Shown here: piece after piece, positions 36,848-44,810 of the stretch
How the letters are laid out: the number at the start of each line of letters is the position of its first letter
How positions within the stretch are numbered: the first letter of the stretch is position 1
Assembly: GCA_018434685.1 (NCBI GenBank)
Contig: JAHDOV010000005.1
Location: 997-64,996, forward strand
Reading direction: 5' to 3'
DNA: 64,000 nt
Source of the DNA: Deltaproteobacteria bacterium
Lineage (GTDB): Bacteria; Desulfobacterota; Desulfomonilia; UBA1062
Notes under the pieces: generated by a model
Told to the model about the DNA's origin: nothing
Seen by the model: the letters and a program-made list of their open reading frames with translations, nothing else
Database searches by the model: none
Program-made: the position numbers and the translations under genes

Positions 36848-38748
36848 TGGGGGCCGGACTGCCGGCTGGAGGGTCCATGATCCGAGCCGGGGGAATGGGG
36901 ATCAGGGCAACGATCGAGAACATGTCACCGGGGCAACTGCTGCTGACGGTGCTCCTGGCCGCGTGCGCCGCGTTAGTGCCGGCATGGCTCAACTACGACA
37001 TCATATCGCGGGACGGTGCCAGCCAGTATATCCCCACGGCCATGCTGTTCTATGAAGGGCGGTTTCTCGCTGCGCTGCAGGAATCGACCCTGCCCCTGTT
37101 TCCCTTTCTGATCGCAGTGGTGGCAAAGGTCACGACCCTGGATTTCGAGACAAGCGGCCGTTTGATTGCGGTCTTCAGCCTCGCGCTCGCTGCAGCGGGC
37201 ATGTACCGTGTCGCGGATGAAATCTATGAGAACCGCTGGGTGTCCCTCCTGGCGGTCCTCTTTCTCGTCACCAACGGTGATCTGGTTATGCGCTCGGTTG
37301 ACTGTCTGAAGGAAAGCCTGCTCGTGTGTTTCATCCTGTGGGGCAACTACTTCATCCTGAGGCAGGGCCGGTCCGGAAGGAAGTGGCTCCACCTCGGCAT
37401 GGGTACGCTGCTTCTGGTCCTCGGCGCCATGGTCAGGAGCACGGCGCTCCTGTTCCTGGGGGCATGGCTGCTCTTGTGGGTGTTCCATAAAAGACAGGGT
37501 ATTGCCGTAAGGATGCTTGTGCCGGCTATCCCGGTCGTTGCCGTGATCGTCCTGTGGCTGGTGGACCCATCGCTGCCGGTTTTCAGAAAAAGCTTCAGCC
37601 TGGGCAAGTTCGTCAATGCATTCCCGGTATTCAGGGTAATGGTGGAGAACATTGCCGGTATCATCGGCACCTTCTTCAAGACCGGAAATCCGCTGCTTAT
37701 CCTTTTGGGGTGCTGGGGGCTGTACGCCTCGCGCAAGAATTCCTACTCGGTACACTGGTGTATCGTGGCAAGCATCTTTTTCCTGTTGCTCGTGAGAATG
37801 CAGTGGACAACAGACCGCTACCTGCTTGCCCTTGTGGTCTGGATGTATCCCCTGGCGGCGTGTACGGCTGTGGAAGTCCTGCAGTCGAAACAGAAGGTGG
37901 GGCGGATTGTTGTGTGGTGTGCCCTCATCTCGGCTGTTGCCGGGTGGGCTGTGACCTCCTTCCGCCCGCCCAGCGACGACAGGGTCGCCCGGCGCGAGGC
38001 AGGGGCCTTTATCCTGGCGGAGCTGGGGCCCGGCCAGAGGGTGATCACGAACCGGGACAGGCTGGCCTTTTATGCCCAGGGCCAAAGCCTGGCACTGGAG
38101 AATATCCTCGTGCTGCCCGATACAGGGGTCTGTTATGCCATCGATACCGAAAAGGAAGGTCTCATCGGGAATCTGGGGTTTGAAACCGGGGGTCTGGCCG
38201 GGTGGATTGTCTCGCGTTACGCCGATTCCACCTACGCGTGCGTCATTGACGAGTCTGAGAAATATATGGGGCGCTCTTCTCTCAGGATGACGCAGCACCA
38301 GCGTCCCGGGAGCCGGGGCGGGCTGGAGTTCGATATCCCGTTTCTCGTCCTTCAGCCGGGAGAGACATACCGGCTTTCAGCCTGGTTTAAGGGCCGGGAT
38401 GTTCAGGGGGGGGCAGCAGGGGTGCGCCAGTTGTGTTTCCTGGTGAAATATGATGGGCAGAAAGAAAATGAGCGGGTCTGGCTGGAGGTGCCGGAAGGCA
38501 CGTACGACTGGACCAGTGTTTGTGCCGGCTTTTCCATCCCCCCGGGTGTTCAGGAGGCGAGACTCTGTCCCGATAAACCCTTGGGGTTCACCGGAACACT
38601 CTGGCTGGATGACGTTCAGCTGGATGGTGGAAATGCTCCTCTGGCCGGGACAGACACGATCCCCCTGCTCATCGATCGGTTGGACGGGATGGGCCGCAGG
38701 CCCGATAAGGTGGTGCGATCCATCTATGTCTACCTCCCACGGTCTTGA
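36847..38748 (+). CDS. GT-C-fold (ArnT/PMT_2-like) membrane protein with an inserted CBM4_9-like jelly-roll domain, copy 2
   Basis: The ATG overlaps the upstream TGA. The membrane part aligns by eye with 25628-27013 (LNYDIISRDGASQYIP, TLPLFPFLIA, RSVDCLKESLLVCFILWGNYFIL, MVRSTALLFLGAW). The extra segment NLGFETGGLAGW...YRLSAWFKG...LWLDDVQLDG resembles carbohydrate-binding module 4_9. The true start may be an internal Met (36892 or 36922). Confidence 0.6.
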   Translation: MGAGLPAGGSMIRAGGMGIRATIENMSPGQLLLTVLLAACAALVPAWLNYDIISRDGASQYIPTAMLFYEGRFLAALQESTLPLFPFLIAVVAKVTTLDFETSGRLIAVFSLALAAAGMYRVADEIYENRWVSLLAVLFLVTNGDLVMRSVDCLKESLLVCFILWGNYFILRQGRSGRKWLHLGMGTLLLVLGAMVRSTALLFLGAWLLLWVFHKRQGIAVRMLVPAIPVVAVIVLWLVDPSLPVFRKSFSLGKFVNAFPVFRVMVENIAGIIGTFFKTGNPLLILLGCWGLYASRKNSYSVHWCIVASIFFLLLVRMQWTTDRYLLALVVWMYPLAACTAVEVLQSKQKVGRIVVWCALISAVAGWAVTSFRPPSDDRVARREAGAFILAELGPGQRVITNRDRLAFYAQGQSLALENILVLPDTGVCYAIDTEKEGLIGNLGFETGGLAGWIVSRYADSTYACVIDESEKYMGRSSLRMTQHQRPGSRGGLEFDIPFLVLQPGETYRLSAWFKGRDVQGGAAGVRQLCFLVKYDGQKENERVWLEVPEGTYDWTSVCAGFSIPPGVQEARLCPDKPLGFTGTLWLDDVQLDGGNAPLAGTDTIPLLIDRLDGMGRRPDKVVRSIYVYLPRS

Positions 38749-38892
38749 CGAGAGATACCACAGCTGCAGAAATCGTCTTTGATGTGAGTATCCCTGAAAG
38801 GGGCGTATCACAATGTTTTCATGCCGGGACAGGCCCCGCGGGAACGACAGGAAGGAGGTGAGCACACGTGCAGGTGCTGCTTGATGACCCAC

Positions 38893-39183
38893 TTACTTCC
38901 CCTTGGGTTTTCCGTTTTTTTCGTCTGTCATATCCACGATCCACTCGTATTCGGTCACCTCGATCTTTTTCCTGGTCTCCACCTGTTTTACCGGGACCTT
39001 TTTCCTCGAGATCTGATAGAGAGCGCCTTCTCCGGAATAGTTCTTCAATGCCTCATCCAGGGTCTTGTAGATCTCTATCTTCTGGGTGCCGAACAGCGAT
39101 TCCCTGATGATGGCATATTCCTCCGCAGGTGTGACACCGGCCCATACCAGGATGACGAGTGCAGTGAGCAGAATTCTTTTCAT
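38893..39183 (-). CDS. Small secreted protein (96 aa), function unknown
   Basis: Signal peptide MKRILLTALVILVWAGVTPA and a lysine-rich tail. A GAGGTGGGGA RBS-like stretch lies upstream on the minus strand. I recognise no family motif. Confidence 0.5.
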   Translation of the reverse strand: MKRILLTALVILVWAGVTPAEEYAIIRESLFGTQKIEIYKTLDEALKNYSGEGALYQISRKKVPVKQVETRKKIEVTEYEWIVDMTDEKNGKPKGK

Positions 39184-39441
39184 GACATCCCCACCTCATC
39201 TCTCTTTGTTTGGTATTTTCGCCTTGTTGTCAACCATGAGCTTTAAAAACCATGATATTTGAGCGGTATACCCCTGCCAGGAGCGTGCTCATGTTCCTCA
39301 TCGCAATCCTTTTGGCATTTACATTGTTTTTGCTTTATGTTACTTCACGAATACTTTTTTGCATCATCTCGCAGCAATTGTGCGAGCGCTGTGCCGATAG
39401 AGAAATACAAGGAGATGCGCTATCTCCGGTAGATAGATAAT

Positions 39442-39534
39442 GGAGAGATGCCCGAGTGGCCGAAGGGGCGCGACTGGAAATCGCGTGTATCGTCAAAAGC
39501 GGTACCGAGGGTTCGAATCCCTCTCTCTCCGCCA
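39442..39534 (+). tRNA. tRNA-Ser (anticodon GGA), encoded CCA
   Basis: A 93-nt cloverleaf: acceptor GGAGAGA/TCTCTCC, anticodon stem CGCGA/TCGCG with loop CTGGAAA, a long variable arm, and T-arm GGTTCGAATCC. Confidence 0.9.
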
Positions 39535-39540
39535 GGCAAA

Positions 39541-39660
39541 GGCCCTGTAAGAGGCTGGGTCTCATGCAATACAGCGCTGTGAACTCCGTCAGGCCCGGAA
39601 GGGAGCAGCGGTAAACGGTACGCTGTATGTGTATGGTAAGGCCCAGCCCCTTACAGGGCC
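39541..39660 (+). ncRNA. ffs: Signal recognition particle RNA (small bacterial 4.5S type)
   Basis: Contains the conserved helix-8 core GTCAGGCCCGGAAGGGAGCAGC (E. coli 4.5S has GUCAGGUCCGGAAGGAAGCAGC). The ends pair (GGCCCTGTAAGAGGCTGGG / CCCAGCCCCTTACAGGGCC) and a T-run follows. Its position just upstream of dnaX is a known synteny. Confidence 0.8.
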
Positions 39661-39702
39661 TTTTTACTTGAATAATCTTGGTTTGAATAATAGTATGGGG
39701 AC

Positions 39703-41250
39703 ATGTATCAGGTAATAGCTCGAAAATTCAGGCCGCAACGGTTTGAGGATGTGATCGGTCAGGATCATGTCACCAGTGTGATCAAAAATGCCATCGATTT
39801 GAACCGCCTGCCCCATGCCTTTATCTTCTCCGGGCCCCGGGGGGTGGGAAAGACCTCGGTAGCGAGAATCCTGGCAAAGGCGATCAACTGTGAAAAGGGT
39901 CTATCCGGCACCCCGTGCAATACCTGCCCGGTGTGCGAGGATATTACGGCATCGAGGGCGGTGGATGTGTTCGAGATAGATGCCGCATCCCATACCGGGG
40001 TGGACAATATCCGGGACCTCATTGAAAATGCCCGGTATGCCCCGAGCATTGCCCGGTATAAGACCTTTATCATCGATGAAGTCCACATGCTCTCTCGCAG
40101 TGCGTTCAATGCCCTCCTCAAGACACTCGAGGAGCCTCCGGCTCACGTGATCTTCATCATGGCTACCACCGAGCTCGCCAAGGTTCCCGTGACCGTGCTC
40201 TCAAGATGCCAGCGGTATGATTTCAGGCGGATAGCAGTGGAGGACATCGTGGCGCATCTGAAATCCATCGCAGCCGATGAGTCCTTCAGCATCAGCGACG
40301 ATGCCATGCTGACCATCGCACTCCAGGCGGACGGCAGCATGAGAGATGCCCAGGGCATGCTCGAACATATGGCAGCAAGCGGCGTGGGAGATATTACTGC
40401 CGAGACTGTCGAGAACATGCTCGGCCTGGTGGGCAGAACCACCATGCACGACCTCATCACTGCCGTCATGAACAAGGATGTGCCGAGCATGCTCGATGTC
40501 ATCGATGGCGCATACCGCTACGGACAGGATCTGGGCCAGCTCTACCGCTCCCTGCTGGAACAGTTCAGGAACATGATGGTGCTCAAGGCCGGATACACGA
40601 ATCTGAAACTCCCCCAGGAAGAAAAGGACTTCTTGAACGAGATGATCTCTCAGACCTCGTTTGAAGAGGTTCACCGGATAATGAGTGTTCTCATCCACGC
40701 AGAAGAAGACCTGAAGTATTCCTCTCTGCCCAAGATTACCCTGGAAACCATCCTGCTGCGCATAGTATCCGCCCCGAGGCTTGGCGATCTGCAGCAGGTG
40801 ATCCAGGTCCTGCTGAGCAGGCCGGGAGCCATACCTGTGAGGCAGCCGGTCCAGGTCTCTCCGGTCGAAAAGTATAAACGGCCGCCATCGACCCTTCCCA
40901 TTTCCTGGGAGGGCTTCATCACCTACATGAGAGATCACGATGAGCCCCTCCATGCCATCCTCCTGAATACCTCCGTGGCTTCGGAAGAGGAAAACAGGGT
41001 GGTTCTCCTGTGTGCCGGCGGATTCTTCGCCGAACAGGCAAAAAAGGCCCTCCCGGAGATAACCAAGCGGGCGCAGGCGTTTTTCAGAAAAGATATCACG
41101 ATTCACCTGGAAGTGCAGGAGACGCCCGTCCAGGAGACCAGGAAGCAGAAGCCGTCAGAACTGCGTGCCCAGGCCATCAAGGCACCTGTAGTAAAAGAGA
41201 TCATGTCGGAGTTCGATGGGACGGTCCGTGATGTCAAGCCTAGAGAATAA
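39703..41250 (+). CDS. dnaX: DNA polymerase III subunit gamma/tau
   Basis: Walker A GPRGVGKTS, zinc module CEKGLSGTPCNTCPVCEDI, Walker B IIDEVHMLS, and sensor SRCQRYDF. Confidence 0.9.
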   Translation: MYQVIARKFRPQRFEDVIGQDHVTSVIKNAIDLNRLPHAFIFSGPRGVGKTSVARILAKAINCEKGLSGTPCNTCPVCEDITASRAVDVFEIDAASHTGVDNIRDLIENARYAPSIARYKTFIIDEVHMLSRSAFNALLKTLEEPPAHVIFIMATTELAKVPVTVLSRCQRYDFRRIAVEDIVAHLKSIAADESFSISDDAMLTIALQADGSMRDAQGMLEHMAASGVGDITAETVENMLGLVGRTTMHDLITAVMNKDVPSMLDVIDGAYRYGQDLGQLYRSLLEQFRNMMVLKAGYTNLKLPQEEKDFLNEMISQTSFEEVHRIMSVLIHAEEDLKYSSLPKITLETILLRIVSAPRLGDLQQVIQVLLSRPGAIPVRQPVQVSPVEKYKRPPSTLPISWEGFITYMRDHDEPLHAILLNTSVASEEENRVVLLCAGGFFAEQAKKALPEITKRAQAFFRKDITIHLEVQETPVQETRKQKPSELRAQAIKAPVVKEIMSEFDGTVRDVKPRE

Positions 41251-42199
41251 TACCCTCACGGCAATTGATGGCGTCAGGGTCGGCCACTGCTCCGATCGTG
41301 AGGGCGGCACAGGCGTCTCGGTCATCCTGTTCGACCGGCCGGCCACCGGTGCAGCGGATATCACCGGCATGGCAACCTCCACCAGGCAGATCGACTCGCT
41401 GGATATGATACATCCGGGAACATCTGTCCACGGCATATGCCTTGCCGGGGGATCTGCCTTCGGGCTCGATGCGGCCTCGGGTGTCGTGAGATTTCTCGAG
41501 GAAAAAGACATCGGCTTTGACCTCGTTGTTGCAAAGCTGCCGGTGGTTCCCACCGCAGTGATTTTCGACCTGTCATTCATGGATCCCAAGGCACGCCCCA
41601 CGCCCGATATGGCATATCAGGCCTGCGTGCACGCATCGGCATCACCCGTGGAACAGGGTTGCGTGGGTGCGGGCACCGGGGCAACGTGCGGGAAGATCCG
41701 CGGTGTTGTCTCTGCCACCAAGGCCGGACTCGGCTCGAGTATGGTACGCGGGGCAGGGGGCATAGCCATGGGCGCACTGGTGGTTGCCAATCCCTTCGGG
41801 GATATTCTCGATAAAGAGGGAAAGATCGTTGCAGGCGCCCGGGACGGCTCGAAGTTCATCGATTCCTGCACGGTCATAGCAGGGGGCGAGGTGCGGGAAC
41901 GCATTGGTTCTTCGGGGAATACCACCCTGTGCGTCCTGGTGACCGATGCGCATCTCGACAAGATCATGGCCATGCAGGTGGCCCGCATGGCCGGCCAGGG
42001 GTTATCAGGGCACATATCACCCTACAATACCCCTTATGACGGAGATATCGTCTTCTGCCTTTCTGTCGGAGTTAAACCGGCGCATCCGCTCCACCTCGGT
42101 GTCATCGCTGCCCGGGCAGCGACCGATGCGCTCCTGAACGCGGTCAGCTTCGCCCATGGCATGGGGGGAATACCTGCAGCGGTTGATGTCGGCCGCTGA
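41231..42199 (+). CDS. DmpA/BapA-like (peptidase family S58 / P1) aminopeptidase
   Basis: NTLTAIDGVRVGH, GGTGVSVILF, GMATSTRQIDSL, LAGGSAFGLDA and NTTLCVLVTDA fit the pattern of Ntn-type DmpA-family peptidases. An alternative ATG lies at 41216. Either start overlaps the dnaX 3' end. Confidence 0.75.
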   Translation: MSSLENNTLTAIDGVRVGHCSDREGGTGVSVILFDRPATGAADITGMATSTRQIDSLDMIHPGTSVHGICLAGGSAFGLDAASGVVRFLEEKDIGFDLVVAKLPVVPTAVIFDLSFMDPKARPTPDMAYQACVHASASPVEQGCVGAGTGATCGKIRGVVSATKAGLGSSMVRGAGGIAMGALVVANPFGDILDKEGKIVAGARDGSKFIDSCTVIAGGEVRERIGSSGNTTLCVLVTDAHLDKIMAMQVARMAGQGLSGHISPYNTPYDGDIVFCLSVGVKPAHPLHLGVIAARAATDALLNAVSFAHGMGGIPAAVDVGR

Positions 42200-42226
42200 A
42201 TACGGGCAACACAATTCCGAGTTTTC

Positions 42227-42260
42227 ATGAATTGCCCGGGAGATGTCTCGGGCAATTCAT
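42227..42260 (+). terminator. Perfect 12-bp stem hairpin downstream of the peptidase gene
   Basis: ATGAATTGCCCG - 10 nt - CGGGCAATTCAT. No T-run follows, so it could be a terminator, an RNA-stability element or a protein-binding palindrome. Confidence 0.35.
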
Positions 42261-42367
42261 CATGGTCGGCTCCAGTTGTGGGCCGTGGCATTATGGAGTA
42301 AGGGCTGTTGTCTTACCGGATTCGTATGATCGGGATGAAAAACTGCAACACACAAGGCTTTTCATAA

Positions 42368-42396
42368 TTGACAAAAGTCAGAGACTTGGGTAGAAG
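42368..42396 (+). promoter_or_regulatory. Sigma-70-like promoter candidate for tRNA-Met
   Basis: TTGACA, a 17-nt spacer, then TAGAAG, ending 10 nt before the tRNA 5' end. The -10 element lacks the conserved final T, so this is weak. Confidence 0.3.
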
Positions 42397-42406
42397 AAAA
42401 ACCCGT

Positions 42407-42483
42407 GGCGGTGTAGCTCAGGTGGTCAGAGCATGCGGCTCATATCCGCAGTGTCGGGGGTTCAAATCCCTCCACCGCTACCA
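42407..42483 (+). tRNA. tRNA with CAT anticodon (elongator Met, or Ile2 if C34 is lysidinylated), encoded CCA
   Basis: A 77-nt cloverleaf: acceptor GGCGGTG/CACCGCT (G1-U72), D-arm TAGCTCAGGTGGTCAGAGC, anticodon stem TGCGG/CCGCA with loop CTCATAT, and T-arm GGTTCAAATCC. It is not initiator-like, since it lacks the three G-C pairs in the anticodon stem. Confidence 0.85.
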
Positions 42484-42683
42484 GAATCTCTCATCCTTGC
42501 CTGATCTTCATGCATGCCTGTTGAAATCCGTCCAATTATTAAAGGGGAGGAGAATAATCCTGGCTAGGTATAGCGCGATGCCTGCGGGTCGATTCGTCGG
42601 TCATTCCTTGAGGAAACGAAATTCATTTTGCCTTGATAGGATTAGTGGATTATTAATATAGCAATGGCTTGGGGAGGTCGGAG

Positions 42684-44810
42684 ATGAGAGAAGTTTCTGT
42701 CGGATTCTTATGGCATATGCACCAGCCGTATTACAAGGATCCGGTATCGGGAACCTATCTCATGCCCTGGGTGCGGCTGCACGCAGTTCGCGGGTACTAT
42801 GACATGATTGCCCTGCTCGAGGACTACCCCGGGATTCGCTGCACGTTCAACCTCGTTCCCTCTCTCCTGGCGCAGATCATGGATTATACGGACAATGGAT
42901 CGCGGGATACGGATTTTCACCTTTCCCAGAAAAGTCCCTCGGACTTTACCCTTGATGAGAGAAAGCAGCTCCTGACCAGGTTCTTCATGTGCCATCAGCA
43001 GACGATGATCGCCCCGTTCCCCCGGTTTAATGATCTGTACGAGAAACGGGGGGCTATAAGGAATCCCAGGCAGCTCGAGTCCGTGGCAAAGAAGTTCACG
43101 CACCAGGATATCCTCGATCTCCAGGTGCTGTTCAATCTCACCTGGATGGGATTTACGGCGCGCAAGGACAAGAGGATCCGGGATCTCATCAGCAAGGGGA
43201 GATCGTTCAGCGAGTCGGATAAGAGGTTTCTGCTCGATTTTCAGATCGACATCATGAAAGAGATAATACCCCTCTACAGAAAGGCCCAGGCAGAAGGCCG
43301 GATAGAGATTACGGCATCTCCCTTCTACCATCCCATCGGGCCGCTGGTCATGAATGTCGGCCATGCACTCAGATCGCTCGATACCCCACTGCCAACGGAG
43401 GTGTTCTCTCATCCTCAGGACCTGAGGGTGCAGATATCAAAGGCGGTCTCCCTGCACGAACAGCTCTTCGGCAAGCCTCCGAAGGGCATGTGGCCCTCGG
43501 AGGGGTCTGTGTGTCCGGAAATGATCGAGCTGCTGGCAGACAATGGGATTGAGTGGAGTGCCTCTGACGAGGACATCCTCTTTGCGAGCCTGCGGCAGTC
43601 GCGTACGGGTACGAGGCTGTACCGGCCCTACAGGGCCACGTCCGGCACCTCGGGCGTCTCCATGTTTTTCCGCGACAGACCCCTGTCGGACCACATAGGA
43701 TTTGTCTATGCAAAGAATCCCCCCGGACAGGCTGCAGAGAACTTCACAAATCACCTCAGGAATATCCACAAGGGCTCCAGGGGGTATACGTTCAATCCGT
43801 TCGTCTCGATCATCCTCGACGGCGAGAATCCGTGGGAGTACTATCCGGACAGCGGGGAGGAATTCCTCAGGGCTCTGTATAGCAACCTGCTGTCGACACC
43901 CGGGGTACAGACATCACTCTTCGGGGAGTACCTGAAGGATAATCCTGCCGGCGATACGGTTGGGAACCTCTACAGCGGTTCGTGGATCAACCACAATTTT
44001 GCCATCTGGATAGGCCATGAGGAGGACAGAAAGGCATGGGAATATCTCGCCCGGACCAGGAACTATGTGGAGTCCAAGGGCAGCTCCGCCAACCCGCTTG
44101 CCTGGGAAGAGATATACATTGCAGAAGGGAGTGACTGGTTCTGGTGGTATGGGGATGAATTCACCAGTGAAAACGACGAACAGTTTGACAGGCTCTTCAG
44201 GCTGCACCTGGCGAATTGCTATACCCTCCATGGCGATACCGCGCCCTCGGAGCTCTCCAAGAGCATCATCACCCCCCACGATATTATTCCCGGAAAGATT
44301 CCAAGCGGGTTCGTACATCCGATCATCGACGGCAAGGTCTCGCACTTCTATGAGTGGCTCAAGGCCGGGTACTATGCTGCCGCCGGCAGTTCCACGAGCA
44401 TGTACCGCCAGCAGCGGATCCTGTCTCATCTCTATTTCGGCTTTGATGCCGAGCACCTCTACATGAGAATGGATTTCTTCAATACATCAGGGGATCTGAC
44501 CGTCCAGATGGATATTGTTTCGCCGGAGCAGTTGCGCCTACAGATCGCGCCGGCCGACAGGATCATGACGCTCTCTTCGGTAAAGAATAACAGGCTCGAA
44601 TTGAAGACAGAGCTTACAAGCGTTGCATTCGAGCATGTCCTGGAGTTCGGGATACCGTTCACGCTGCTTTCTGCCTCCGCCGGGCAGAGGATCCGTTTCT
44701 CTGTCTCCCTGGCGCTCAAAGGCCTCGAGGTTGAAAGGCACCCGGCAAGTGGTTTTTTATCCGTTACCGTCCCGGAAGAATATTTTGAAAAGGTGATGTG
44801 GTATGTCTGA
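42684..44810 (+). CDS. Glycoside hydrolase family 57 alpha-glucan-active enzyme
   Basis: GH57 N-terminal signature (VSVGFLWHMHQPYYKD), GRIEITASPFYHPI, WPSEGSV and ILDGENPWEYY. I prefer the ATG at 42684, after GGGGAGG. Confidence 0.85.
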   Translation: MREVSVGFLWHMHQPYYKDPVSGTYLMPWVRLHAVRGYYDMIALLEDYPGIRCTFNLVPSLLAQIMDYTDNGSRDTDFHLSQKSPSDFTLDERKQLLTRFFMCHQQTMIAPFPRFNDLYEKRGAIRNPRQLESVAKKFTHQDILDLQVLFNLTWMGFTARKDKRIRDLISKGRSFSESDKRFLLDFQIDIMKEIIPLYRKAQAEGRIEITASPFYHPIGPLVMNVGHALRSLDTPLPTEVFSHPQDLRVQISKAVSLHEQLFGKPPKGMWPSEGSVCPEMIELLADNGIEWSASDEDILFASLRQSRTGTRLYRPYRATSGTSGVSMFFRDRPLSDHIGFVYAKNPPGQAAENFTNHLRNIHKGSRGYTFNPFVSIILDGENPWEYYPDSGEEFLRALYSNLLSTPGVQTSLFGEYLKDNPAGDTVGNLYSGSWINHNFAIWIGHEEDRKAWEYLARTRNYVESKGSSANPLAWEEIYIAEGSDWFWWYGDEFTSENDEQFDRLFRLHLANCYTLHGDTAPSELSKSIITPHDIIPGKIPSGFVHPIIDGKVSHFYEWLKAGYYAAAGSSTSMYRQQRILSHLYFGFDAEHLYMRMDFFNTSGDLTVQMDIVSPEQLRLQIAPADRIMTLSSVKNNRLELKTELTSVAFEHVLEFGIPFTLLSASAGQRIRFSVSLALKGLEVERHPASGFLSVTVPEEYFEKVMWYV

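Noticed and set aside
36973-38298. Very long ORFs antisense to GC-rich genes: this 441-aa one, plus 45619-46818, 57607-58872, 60419-61480, 55913-56797, 40201-41106, 24856-25692, 31739-32557, 34544-35362, 35393-36169 and 28928-29569.
   Set aside because: Each lies wholly inside a sense-strand gene that has strong family motifs (GT-C, GH57, pfk, valS, lpd, dnaX, PGTs). Their translations are R/P/G/H-rich low-complexity strings with no motifs or RBS. Stop-free antisense frames are expected in GC-rich, codon-biased DNA.
39252-39440. A 62-aa + strand ORF with one hydrophobic segment immediately upstream of tRNA-Ser(GGA).
   Set aside because: It ends 1 nt before the tRNA, has no RBS, and occupies what should be the tRNA/SRP RNA promoter region. 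It is most likely non-coding.
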